From positions 11,015-75,014 of the forward strand of contig JAHEDK010000011.1 of NCBI GenBank assembly GCA_024641245.1: a stretch of 64,000 nt of DNA, read 5' to 3'. Below the pieces are notes generated by a model. The model ran no database searches. It was not told the origin of the DNA and saw only the letters and a list, made by a program, of their open reading frames with translations. This DNA comes from Actinomycetes bacterium (GTDB lineage Bacteria; Actinomycetota; Acidimicrobiia; Spongiisociales; JAHEDJ01). The translations under genes were made by a program, and so were the position numbers. Positions 48,016-56,604 of the stretch are shown one piece after another (position 1 is the stretch's first letter; every line of letters begins with the position of its first letter).

Positions 48016-48495
48016 GTGAAGTGGCGCGTTGCGCAGGTTTCGGATGTGTTCACCGACTGGCGATGGTTGGCGCTGTTCGCCATGGTGACGGTTGTGATCG
48101 GAGTGGTGGCCTCTGTGCGCCTGTCGAGAAGGCGGCCACATATCACCGAGATACCGTCCAGCCTCTTCGCGCGTCGGCACCAACCTGCCGGCATCGTTGA
48201 AGATCCTCGGCGGGGCCCACCGGGTGGTCGCGTGGTGCGCCTCGAAGAGGCCCCATTTCCTGCGCCGCACGGTCCGGCGGTATTGGCCGACTCTCTTCCC
48301 CCTCTGCCGCTCGCAGATCACGGCGCCACCGACGCCCCGCCTTTGCCGTATCCGGATTCTCCCGTGGTGGTGGTCGACCTGACCGAACTCGATTCCGTAC
48401 CGGCGGTCGGGACGGTCCTCGATTTGAGAGACGTAATCGTCGATCTCAGATCTCAAGAGGATATGGCTTCATTGCCCGCCGATCCTTGGTCCTGA
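48016..48495 (+). CDS. hypothetical single-pass membrane protein with an acidic Pro-rich C-terminal region
   Basis: GTG start after AAGGGG; one TM segment (WLALFAMVTVVIGVVASV); no family recognised. Confidence 0.4.
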   Translation: MKWRVAQVSDVFTDWRWLALFAMVTVVIGVVASVRLSRRRPHITEIPSSLFARRHQPAGIVEDPRRGPPGGRVVRLEEAPFPAPHGPAVLADSLPPLPLADHGATDAPPLPYPDSPVVVVDLTELDSVPAVGTVLDLRDVIVDLRSQEDMASLPADPWS

Positions 48496-48626
48496 GCTTC
48501 GAGCCCGGCCAATCGGGTGAGCCACGGTCGCGCGATTTTCTCGCACACGAAATGATCACCCCCCTTTGAGGCATTGTCGGATATATTTCGTGGATCGATC
48601 GAGGGGTTCACATCCGATCACACAAC

Positions 48627-49130
48627 TTGCGCCGAAGCCCGGTGGTCGGCCCGTTGCTCGTTGCGCAGGCCGTTGACCCTGGTGGCACGGCCGGATGGCT
48701 CATCATCGGTGGGGCTATGGTGGTGCTCGTGGTCGGCCTGGTGATGGTCGTCTTTGCTCGCTCCGGTCGCCGGGACGAGGTTGACGATCGAATCGCGGTA
48801 CGCTCCGAGGCTTCTGAGGTTGCGGTAGCACGCCCGTCGCCGGCGGCTCCCCGAGAGGGGCCTCGATCTGTGACCACCTTCATTGAACTTCCCCGCCGGC
48901 AGAGAACGGGCCATGTGGAGGTTCATATCGGGCAGGAGGTCCAGGCTCAAGGCAGGAGAAGCCCGATGTCGGCCTTCGACCCTGATGTCGAAGGCGAGCC
49001 GCGTGCAACGTTTATCGACCTCCCCGCCTCCGGATCGGCCCCGGACCCTGTGATCGACCTCGACAATGGACTCGTCGACCTCACCGAGGAACGCGAGGAG
49101 GCTGCACCGAAGCGCGACCCTCGGGTTTGA
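48627..49130 (+). CDS. hypothetical single-pass membrane protein with an acidic C-terminal region (similar architecture to 48016..48495)
   Basis: TM segment LIIGGAMVVLVVGLVMVVFA; repeated (T)FI(D/E)LP and V(I/V)DL motifs. Confidence 0.4.
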   Translation: MRRSPVVGPLLVAQAVDPGGTAGWLIIGGAMVVLVVGLVMVVFARSGRRDEVDDRIAVRSEASEVAVARPSPAAPREGPRSVTTFIELPRRQRTGHVEVHIGQEVQAQGRRSPMSAFDPDVEGEPRATFIDLPASGSAPDPVIDLDNGLVDLTEEREEAAPKRDPRV

Positions 49131-49342
49131 TCCCGGTATTGCGCATCGCCCAGGACCGCCGGGAGAGAATGGCTGGATGCCGATCTCCGGTTGCATCGTC
49201 GAGTCTCCCTGGTGGAACACCGCCGAAAGAGTCGTTTGGCCCGAGAAACAGACCCTGACCGTTCGGTAGGTTGAGAAGGGGCCGCGGCAGCCGGTGCGAC
49301 CGACGGGCTGCGCGTAACGCCGGCGTGTGTAAGGGGTTAGAG

Positions 49343-50245
49343 ATGAAGGTTCTCCGTACTCCGGACAAGCGGTTCGAGATGCTTCCCGACTTCCCGTTCG
49401 AGCCGCACTACGTGGAGATACCCAACGAGTGGGGTCCGGCCCTTCGAATTCACTCAATCGATGAGGGACCGGCCGGAGCTCCCTGTGTGGTGCTAATGCA
49501 CGGAGTGCCAACCTGGTCGTACCTGTTTCGGCATCTGATCCCACCTATCGTCCGGGCCGGGTACCGGGTGCTTGCTCCCGACCTGGTCGGATTCGGCAGG
49601 TCGGACAAACCATCTGCGATCGACGATTACTCGTATGAGCGCTTGGTCGAGTGGAGCGCGGCCTGGTTCGAGGCAGTGAACCCCCGTCGGGTCACGCTCA
49701 TCGTCCACGATTGGGGCGGTCTGATCGGCCTCCGTGTCGTGGCCAGGGGATCTCGGAGGTTCGCCAGAGTGATGGCGATGAACACGGGGCTTCCGACCGG
49801 TACTCAGGTCATGTCGTCTGAGTTCGCGACGTGGCAGCTCATGGCTCACAACATGCCGGTGCTACCGGTCGGTCAAATCGTGAACGGCGGATGCTTTGTC
49901 GATCTGCCCCAGGACGTGATTGCTGCCTACGACGCGCCGTTTCCCGACGAATCGTTCAAGTCCGGTGTCAGAGCGTTACCGTCGCTGGTGCCGATCCATC
50001 CCGACGATCCGTCTGCTGCTGAGAACCGGGACGCCTGGCGATCGCTTCGCCGCTTCAAGAAGCCTTTCTTGACGGCTTTCAGCGATCTCGACCCCATCAG
50101 CAGCGGCACTGAGGAGGTCTTCAAGGCAGCCATTCCGGGGGCTTCCGGTCAACCGCATACCCGCCTCCGTCATGCCGGGCACTTCGTGACGGAGGATCGC
50201 ACAGAGCGTTTGGTCAAGGTCATCGGTCATGTCCTCCGGTCGTGA
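49343..50245 (+). CDS. haloalkane-dehalogenase-family alpha/beta hydrolase
   Basis: N-terminus MKVLRTPDKRFEMLPDFPFEPHYV typical of haloalkane dehalogenases; nucleophile elbow HDWGG; start moved to ATG after AAGGGG. Confidence 0.8.
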   Translation: MKVLRTPDKRFEMLPDFPFEPHYVEIPNEWGPALRIHSIDEGPAGAPCVVLMHGVPTWSYLFRHLIPPIVRAGYRVLAPDLVGFGRSDKPSAIDDYSYERLVEWSAAWFEAVNPRRVTLIVHDWGGLIGLRVVARGSRRFARVMAMNTGLPTGTQVMSSEFATWQLMAHNMPVLPVGQIVNGGCFVDLPQDVIAAYDAPFPDESFKSGVRALPSLVPIHPDDPSAAENRDAWRSLRRFKKPFLTAFSDLDPISSGTEEVFKAAIPGASGQPHTRLRHAGHFVTEDRTERLVKVIGHVLRS

Positions 50246-50284
50246 GAGAGGCGATCGGGCGGTCGATCTGGCACTCTGTGGGCC

Positions 50285-50893
50285 ATGATTGATTCGAATC
50301 GGCGGTTCTTCAGGCCGTTCCCTGCCGCGGGCGTGGCGCGACCGCTCGGCGTTGCCGTTCTGTGGGCATTCGCGGCGGCCCTTGTCGGCGGCGCCATCGT
50401 CGGCTTGGCCTCGCTCATCGCCGGCGGCGTGTCCGGGATCTTCTGGATGTTCGACCACTCCATCTCAGTCACCGACACGATGGGCGAAACCCTTCGCATT
50501 GCTGCGTGGGTGATCGCTCCGATCGGTATCGCGGTTGCCGTATGGGTGGCGGCGTACGGTTCAACCCAGGAAGGATCGATGTCGCGTGCTTTGGTGGCTG
50601 CTCCTGCCGCGTTGGCTCTGGGGGTGGCCTTGATGTTGTTGAATTCATCCGGTCTGGTTGCGGCGTCCCTGGCCCTCGGATGGGCCTTGGCCGTCCCTTC
50701 CACGTCGCCCACCCATATCGCCACACGGGCGGTGCCCATACTCGTTCTGGCGCTTCTGGTGCCTGGGCTCGACGATCTTTCGGGTTGGTTTGTCGTCGCA
50801 GTCCTCGTCGCTTCGCCCGTCGCCGCAGGGACGGCCGTCTTGGCAGCCGATGTGCTGTGGAGGTTGCGTGGCGAGACAACCGGTGACGGCTGA
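50285..50893 (+). CDS. hypothetical polytopic membrane protein
   Basis: 202 aa with 5-6 hydrophobic helices; preferred over the antisense 243-aa low-complexity ORF (50227..50958). Confidence 0.45.
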   Translation: MIDSNRRFFRPFPAAGVARPLGVAVLWAFAAALVGGAIVGLASLIAGGVSGIFWMFDHSISVTDTMGETLRIAAWVIAPIGIAVAVWVAAYGSTQEGSMSRALVAAPAALALGVALMLLNSSGLVAASLALGWALAVPSTSPTHIATRAVPILVLALLVPGLDDLSGWFVVAVLVASPVAAGTAVLAADVLWRLRGETTGDG

Positions 50894-50956
50894 TCGCGAA
50901 TCGCCGGTGTTCGCCTGCTGGTAGGTTGGCTGAGGAGATCATCGAGAGGATCGATC

Positions 50957-51541
50957 ATGTTCAGCGTTTACCTATTTGCCACCCTGGTCGGCTGGCCATT
51001 CGTTCTGTTCTTCCTCTTCTTCTCTGCCGATGCCGACGCCGACTTCGATGCTGATCTGGAAGTCGAATTCGATGCGGATACAGACTTAGACGCCTCCGTG
51101 ATCGCCTCGGCCGGATCCGGGGTGGCGGATGCTGTGCTTTCGATCTTCTCGTTTCGTGCGCTCGTGTTCTTGTTCGCCTTCTTCGGCGTCACCGGACTGA
51201 TCTTGCGGGGACTCGGCCTGCACGCCATTCCCACGTTCCTGCTTGCGGTGGGCATGGGCCTGTTTGCCGGGTATCTCCATTCACGGCTGTACGCATACCT
51301 GAGGCGGTCGTCGGCGGGTGCGGTCACGACCGATTCCGACCTGCGGGGATCCCGGGCGAAGGTCGTCGTTCCAATCTCGGATGATCAGAAAGGTCGGATC
51401 GAGGTGGATGTGGACGGCCAACCGGTCTACGTCACCGCGCGGGGGTTCGGAGGGGGATCCTACGAGATCGGAGAGAAGGTGGTTGTAGTCGAGATCGACA
51501 ATGGAACTGCACTGGTGGGGCAGTTGAACCTGGACGAATAG
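50957..51541 (+). CDS. NfeD-family membrane protein (YuaF-like, partner of flotillin)
   Basis: N-terminal TM helices plus C-terminal OB-fold NfeD domain (...RAKVVVPISDDQKGRIEVDVDGQPVYVTARG...); 10 bp upstream of the flotillin gene. Confidence 0.7.
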   Translation: MFSVYLFATLVGWPFVLFFLFFSADADADFDADLEVEFDADTDLDASVIASAGSGVADAVLSIFSFRALVFLFAFFGVTGLILRGLGLHAIPTFLLAVGMGLFAGYLHSRLYAYLRRSSAGAVTTDSDLRGSRAKVVVPISDDQKGRIEVDVDGQPVYVTARGFGGGSYEIGEKVVVVEIDNGTALVGQLNLDE

Positions 51542-51550
51542 GAGTAGACC

Positions 51551-52873
51551 ATGGAAGTCGTGTTGACACTTGCGGGCCTGATCGTGGCAGCGGTCGTGGT
51601 AGTGCTGCTGGCCATCCGGAGCCTGATCGTCATCTGCCCGCCAAACCGAATAAGCGTGATCTCCGGGCGTTCCCGACCCGACTCCGACGGTACCGCCCGC
51701 GGGTACCGCATCATCCGGGGTGGCCGCACGATACGAATTCCGCTGCTGGAGAAGGTCGATTGGATGGATCTCAATACGATCGCCATCGAGTTGTCCGTGA
51801 CGAACGCCTACTCGAAGGGCTCGATCCCGCTCAACGTACAGGCCGTCGGCGATGTGAAGATCTCCAGCAGGGAAGGCGTGCTGGACAACGCTATTGAACG
51901 GTTCCTCGGTCGTCCGATCGGCTACGTCCAGCAGATCGCCAAGGAGACGCTCGAAGCCAACCTGCGCGGTGTTCTCGCCACCCTCACCCCTGAAGAAGTG
52001 AACGAGGATCGGCTCAAGTTCGCAACCGTCCTGATTGAAGAGGCCGACGACGACATGAGGATCCTGGGTCTTGATCTCGATGTTCTCAAGATCCAGAACG
52101 TGACCGACGAAGCGGGGTACCTCGATTCGGTCGGAAGGCGGAGAACGGCACAGGTCGTCAAGGAAGCCCGGGTTGCCGAAGCCGAGCGTCAGGCAGAGGC
52201 CCAGGAGAGCGAGGCCGACTCCCGCCGGCGGGCGGAGGTCGCCAGGGCCGATGCGGACCTCCTGATCGTCGAGCGCGAGAACGCCTTGCGGGTGCGTACT
52301 GCCGAACTCGAAGCGGATGCCCTCATCAAGGAGGAGCAGGCCAAAGTGGCCGGCGACAAGGCACGGGCGGTCGCTCAACAAGAGCTCCAGCAGGAGCGCA
52401 TTGAACTCGAACGGCGCCGGCTGGAGGCCGACATCGTGGCGCCTGCCCGGGCGGAAAAAGAGGCCAAGGAACTGATCGCCAAGGGTGTCGCTGCCTCAAT
52501 CATCGAAGACGGCGCTGCACAGATCGAGGTGTTCAAGCGACTGGTCGAGCAGTATCAGGCGGCCGGCGAGGATGCCCAGCAGATCTTCGTGCTGAACATG
52601 CTGCCCGACCTGGTCGACAGAATCGTCGGCACCGTCGAGGGCGTCTCCATTGATCGGGTTTCGATCATCGACTCCGGCACGGGAGAGCCGGGCATCCCCG
52701 GTGTCATGTCGCAGCTTCCGGCCGCCGTGATCAAGCTCACGGAGCAAATCGAAAACGCCACCGGGATCGACATCCTCTCGAATCTCGGCAGGCCACGCCC
52801 GATAGAGCACAACGACGCGACTACCGCAGCCGCTACAGATGATGCCGGAGGCTCCGGCCAGCCGGTAGCCTGA
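51551..52873 (+). CDS. flotillin-family SPFH/band-7 protein (FloT/YuaG-like)
   Basis: N-terminal membrane anchor, SPFH domain, long Ala/Glu-rich coiled-coil flotillin repeats (EAERQAEAQESEADSRRRAEVARADADLL...). Confidence 0.8.
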   Translation: MEVVLTLAGLIVAAVVVVLLAIRSLIVICPPNRISVISGRSRPDSDGTARGYRIIRGGRTIRIPLLEKVDWMDLNTIAIELSVTNAYSKGSIPLNVQAVGDVKISSREGVLDNAIERFLGRPIGYVQQIAKETLEANLRGVLATLTPEEVNEDRLKFATVLIEEADDDMRILGLDLDVLKIQNVTDEAGYLDSVGRRRTAQVVKEARVAEAERQAEAQESEADSRRRAEVARADADLLIVERENALRVRTAELEADALIKEEQAKVAGDKARAVAQQELQQERIELERRRLEADIVAPARAEKEAKELIAKGVAASIIEDGAAQIEVFKRLVEQYQAAGEDAQQIFVLNMLPDLVDRIVGTVEGVSIDRVSIIDSGTGEPGIPGVMSQLPAAVIKLTEQIENATGIDILSNLGRPRPIEHNDATTAAATDDAGGSGQPVA

Positions 52874-52901
52874 GGCCCGACAAAGAGAGACGGAGACATC
52901 G

Positions 52902-53915
52902 ATGGCGCGATTGCGCCTGTTTGCCAACCTGCGAGAACTCGCCGGAACATCTGTCGTAGAGCTCGAGGCGGATACCGTCGGGGATTTGCTCGAGAAGGCC
53001 GCCGAGTCCTACGGCCTCGACTTCCGGCGCAGCATGCGACGTGCCCGGGTGTGGGTCAACGGCGAGCCGGCTGCGCCCGAGGATGCCGTCGACGATCGCG
53101 ATGAAGTCGCTTTGATCCCTCCGGTGTCTGGCGGAGCCGGGGCCAGTTCCTCCTTGGCCGGCATCGACCTGCACGTTTCTGCGCCCCTGGTCACGGTCGC
53201 GGTGCTCATCCTGGCCAACCTACCCGCCTCTCCCGAGTGGTTCGTGACTGCGCTCGTGGCCGTCGGAGCCGTTTGGGCCGTTGATCTCGTTGATTCGGCG
53301 CGAATGGCGGGCGTCGACCTGCAACTTCCTCCACTGCTGGCGACGATTCTCATCGGTGCCATCGCTCCGTACGGGATGGCCGACAACACGTCGGGTGTCG
53401 TCGGGCTCGGCCTGGTCGTGGTGTTCGCCCTGGTCGCAGCCTTTGTTTGGGCGATCGCGGCTCCGCAAGCTCGCGATGTGATGGCAGTCGCCAACACGGC
53501 ACTGGCACAGGTCATCGCCGGCACCGGAATTGGCTCGTTGGTACTCACCCGGTTGTCGCCGGACGGACGCGCCCGTGTTGGAGCGTTCCTGGTGATCATC
53601 ATCCTCTCGGCGGCGGCATGGTGGACGGCCGGAAGGGGGAAAGGCATTGGGTTCCTTGATCCCTTTGCAGCCGGGGCCCTGGCGGCTGTGATCGGAGCGG
53701 TGCTGGCTGCCTGGTTGTGGAATCTCGGCATCCTCACGTTTCTGTTCGTGGGTGTCGTCGTGGCGCTCGCCTTGATCGCAGGGCGGGGATTCGGGGCGAT
53801 GGTGCGGACGGGTGAGGTGTATCTGGTCGACCATCCGCCCGGCTATCTGACCTTGATCGACGGGCCGGCCCTGGCGGCGGCGGCCTTCTACCCGATACTG
53901 CAGCTAGTTCTATAG
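52902..53915 (+). CDS. MoaD/ThiS-like ubiquitin-fold domain (ends ...PPVSGG at residue 78) fused in frame to a ~250-aa polytopic membrane domain
   Basis: Residues 1-78 follow the MoaD pattern (MARLRLFANLRELAG...VWVNGEPA...DRDEVALIPPVSGG); no stop after the Gly-Gly; the downstream part has 6-8 hydrophobic helices; 29 bp after the flotillin gene. Confidence 0.6.
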   Translation: MARLRLFANLRELAGTSVVELEADTVGDLLEKAAESYGLDFRRSMRRARVWVNGEPAAPEDAVDDRDEVALIPPVSGGAGASSSLAGIDLHVSAPLVTVAVLILANLPASPEWFVTALVAVGAVWAVDLVDSARMAGVDLQLPPLLATILIGAIAPYGMADNTSGVVGLGLVVVFALVAAFVWAIAAPQARDVMAVANTALAQVIAGTGIGSLVLTRLSPDGRARVGAFLVIIILSAAAWWTAGRGKGIGFLDPFAAGALAAVIGAVLAAWLWNLGILTFLFVGVVVALALIAGRGFGAMVRTGEVYLVDHPPGYLTLIDGPALAAAAFYPILQLVL

Positions 53916-53931
53916 TCGCGAGTCGCGGGTC

Positions 53932-54312
53932 TCACACGGCCAGGGTGCGTCCGATCGCCAGGCCGACAAGAGCCGCGATCAGGCCGGCAACCACCGCCAC
54001 CACGACATTGAGGACGCCCGCGCCGATTCGTCCGATTCCCACCAAATCGATCGACTCGACCATCCATGTGCTGAAGGTGGTATATCCGCCGAGGAGTCCA
54101 ACCGTGAGGCCCGTCCGTACCGCGGTGTTGTCCGTGACGTGTTCTCCGAAGAACCCGACCAGGATCCCGAGGGCAATCGCACCGGTCACGTTGACGGCCA
54201 TAGTCGCCATCCAGTAGTCCCACCCATCCCGGCGTCCCAGGAATGAGCCGACGGCGTATCGGGCCATCGAGCCGATGGCCCCACCGAGACCAACGGCGAA
54301 GAAGGTACGCAT
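53932..54312 (-). CDS. crcB: fluoride ion channel CrcB/FluC
   Basis: 126 aa; CrcB signatures (GAIGSMARY, ...GLLGGYTTFSTW...); only the C-terminal part of the 302-aa track ORF is genuine. Confidence 0.8.
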   Translation of the reverse strand: MRTFFAVGLGGAIGSMARYAVGSFLGRRDGWDYWMATMAVNVTGAIALGILVGFFGEHVTDNTAVRTGLTVGLLGGYTTFSTWMVESIDLVGIGRIGAGVLNVVVAVVAGLIAALVGLAIGRTLAV

Positions 54313-54398
54313 TGCGGCGGCGAGAATAGCGGCGAAGGGTTCCGTTTGGACACGCGCTTGCCCTTGGTCGCCGGAGGTGAGACCGCTACGTTGACGGG

Positions 54399-55430
54399 AT
54401 GCGCCGATTGCTGTGGCCGATCCTTGCGAGCTTGTTGACCTTCTCATGCAGCGGCGCCGCGACCCCGGCCCTCCCGGCGGCCCCGACGGTTGCGTCCACG
54501 ATCCCGACCTTGTCGACGATCCCGACCTTGTCGACGATCCCGACCTTGTCGACGACCCCGACCTTGTCGACGACCCGGACCTTGTCGACGACCACGACCT
54601 TGTCGACGACCACGACCTTGTCGACGACCCCGACCTTGTCGACGACCACCACTCTCCTCGACAGAAATAGTGCGGCCGAGCGCATGGAGGACGACCTTGC
54701 CAGGCTTGTTGCATTCGGGGTACGGGAAGCCGGGTCGGCCGAGGAAGCCATGGCGGCTGCCTTCCTGAGCGGGTCGCTGGAGGACTTCGGCGCCACCGTT
54801 GAACTGAGAGAGGTCCCGCTGCCCACAGGAAACACCTCACTCAACGTAATCGCACGCTTTGGCACCGGCGAGCGGCACGTCCTGCTCGGTGCCCATTACG
54901 ACTCGAAGCCTCCCTCCCCGGGCGCCGACGACAACGGCAGCGGAACGGTGGTGTTGCTCGAACTGGCGCGGCGGCTGGCGGAATCGCCCCCGCCGGATCA
55001 GCGCGTGACCGTTGTCTTTTTCGGAGCCGAAGAGGTTCTCATCGGCTACGACCGCACTGTTCACCATTTCGGTTCGCGGTTGCTGGCCGGGCAGATGGAA
55101 GAGGGTGGCGACCTTCCCGACCTCATGGTCTCCGCCGACATGATCGGGGTCGGTTCGCGCATCCTTGCCGCGACCTACCTCGACTCGGATGCGAGCGCCG
55201 CCGAGCTCATTGCTGAGGCGGCTGCTGCGCTGGGAATCAGCGTTGTGCGTGACCAGAGGGGTGATATCTCCGATCACGAGGCCTTCGCCCGAGCCGGGGT
55301 GCCGTCCGTGTTTCTGTGGCGTCCCGATAACCCCGACTATCACGCGGCGAGTGACCTCGCGGTCCGCACTGAGGTTCTCCTCGAGGATCTGGCGATCCTG
55401 GGGGCCTTCCTTGATCTGGCCGGCCGATAG
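54399..55430 (+). CDS. secreted M28-family zinc aminopeptidase with N-terminal lipoprotein signal and a Thr/Pro-rich hexapeptide-repeat linker
   Basis: LLTFSCSG lipobox; 9x TIPTLS-like repeat; M28 motifs ...HYDSKPPSPGADDNGSG... and ...DHEAFARAGVPS... Confidence 0.75.
   Translation: MRRLLWPILASLLTFSCSGAATPALPAAPTVASTIPTLSTIPTLSTIPTLSTTPTLSTTRTLSTTTTLSTTTTLSTTPTLSTTTTLLDRNSAAERMEDDLARLVAFGVREAGSAEEAMAAAFLSGSLEDFGATVELREVPLPTGNTSLNVIARFGTGERHVLLGAHYDSKPPSPGADDNGSGTVVLLELARRLAESPPPDQRVTVVFFGAEEVLIGYDRTVHHFGSRLLAGQMEEGGDLPDLMVSADMIGVGSRILAATYLDSDASAAELIAEAAAALGISVVRDQRGDISDHEAFARAGVPSVFLWRPDNPDYHAASDLAVRTEVLLEDLAILGAFLDLAGR
54499..54660 (+). repeat. 9x in-frame 18-bp tandem repeat (CGA(T/C)CC(C/G)GACCTTGTCGA) inside the M28 peptidase gene
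   Basis: Read directly from the sequence: 8 near-identical units plus 1 degenerate unit; encodes (S/T)T(I/P/T)PTLS repeats. Confidence 0.85.
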
Positions 55431-55452
55431 CGACCAGCGACCGGTGTACATC

Positions 55453-55476
55453 CTTCCGGTTCTACCGACCGGAAGG
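55453..55476 (+). terminator. hairpin after the M28 peptidase gene (9-bp stem CCTTCCGGT/ACCGGAAGG, no U-tract)
   Basis: Perfect 9-bp inverted repeat 23 nt after the stop codon; the missing T-run makes its function uncertain. Confidence 0.35.
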
Positions 55477-55490
55477 TACCCTGGATACAC

Positions 55491-56594
55491 ATGTTGCGCT
55501 CTGTGGCAGCGCGAACGCTGCTTGCCCTGCTTCTCCTCGCTTCGCTGCTGCTCAGCGCGGCGCCGGCCGCCTCGATCACGAAGAACGAGGTCGACGAGGC
55601 GTGTGCCGAATCACAGACTGCCAAGGCTGTGCTCGACGAGGCGCAGGCGCAGCTGGACGCTGCCACGGCGGCCCATCAGGAAGCCTACTGGCAACGGGAC
55701 GACATCTCCTACAAGCAACTCGGGTTGCGGGCCACCATCGACGATCATGTTGATGAAATCGACGAGATCCGCGTCAGGGTCGTCGAGCGGGCGGTCGACA
55801 TGTACATGGCGGGCGGGTCGGTGCAGCCCGGCATGTTGTTCAATGCCGATTCGGTAGAGGACGTGATCACGGGCCAGGCGTATCTCGACGCGGCCACCAA
55901 AGATGACGTGGTTGCTCTCGAGCGGCTCCAGGCACTGAAGGCGACGCTCGACGGACTCCAGGTGCAGTTCGTGGCCCAGAAGGAAGAGCTAGACATCATT
56001 GAGGCAGAGTTGGCTGCCATCGCGCAGAATCAGCTCGAACTGGTTGGGCAAGTCACGACCGCGTTCAATGAGCTGGATGGCGAATGCCGGGCCGCTCGTC
56101 AGGAATATGAACGCCAGCTCGCCGTTGAGAGGGCGCTCAAAGCAGCCCGGGCAGGCGGCGGTGGCGGCGGCATCGGAGCCGAGGCAACTCCCGGATTCAT
56201 CTGCCCCATGCCCGCTCCCGTGTCGTTCATAAACGATTGGGGATTCCCGCGTTCGGGCGGAAGGACCCACAAGGGCACGGATGTATTCGCCGCCTACGGT
56301 CACTCGGTTGTGGCGGTCGCCAACGGGACCGTCCGGCTCCGCTCCGGCGGGTTGGGTGGAACCTCGATCTGGCTCGACTCCGACTACGGGGTGAGCTTCT
56401 ACTACGCTCACCTCAGTGGATACGCTCCCGGGATCACCGACGGGGTGAGGGTCTCGATCGGTCAAGAGATCGCCTACAACGGTGACACGGGTAACGCCCG
56501 CGGTGGCGCCCCGCACGTGCATTTTCAGATTCACCCGGGGGGCAGCTCTCGGCCGGCAGTGAACCCGTATCCGACGTTGGCTAGGAATTGTTGA
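55491..56594 (+). CDS. secreted M23-family peptidoglycan metalloendopeptidase with N-terminal coiled-coil region
   Basis: Signal peptide; coiled-coil 40-200; M23/LytM motifs ...HKGTDVFAAYGHSVVAV... and ...GNARGGAPHVHFQI... Confidence 0.8.
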   Translation: MLRSVAARTLLALLLLASLLLSAAPAASITKNEVDEACAESQTAKAVLDEAQAQLDAATAAHQEAYWQRDDISYKQLGLRATIDDHVDEIDEIRVRVVERAVDMYMAGGSVQPGMLFNADSVEDVITGQAYLDAATKDDVVALERLQALKATLDGLQVQFVAQKEELDIIEAELAAIAQNQLELVGQVTTAFNELDGECRAARQEYERQLAVERALKAARAGGGGGGIGAEATPGFICPMPAPVSFINDWGFPRSGGRTHKGTDVFAAYGHSVVAVANGTVRLRSGGLGGTSIWLDSDYGVSFYYAHLSGYAPGITDGVRVSIGQEIAYNGDTGNARGGAPHVHFQIHPGGSSRPAVNPYPTLARNC

Positions 56595-56604
56595 GAGGAG
56601 TGAG

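Noticed and set aside
50227-50958. 243-aa minus-strand ORF overlapping the 50285..50893 membrane-protein ORF
   Set aside because: The translation is Ala/Thr/Pro/Arg low complexity without hydrophobic periodicity. The plus-strand ORF gives a coherent multi-helix membrane protein.
54313-54398. Possible fluoride riboswitch in the crcB leader
   Set aside because: No GGnGAUGG / AACnGCC / CUGAUGAnUCCUAC-like elements are visible. I cannot run a covariance model, so this is left as absent or unproven.
53932-54840. 302-aa minus ORF apparently extending crcB upstream through SSTRSGSS repeats
   Set aside because: Only the last 126 aa are CrcB. The upstream part is the antisense reading of the 18-bp tandem repeat of the real plus-strand M28 peptidase gene.
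55430-55491. c-di-AMP (ydaO) riboswitch upstream of the M23 peptidoglycan hydrolase
   Set aside because: The intergenic region is only ~60 nt, too short for the ~140-nt ydaO element, and it contains just a simple hairpin.
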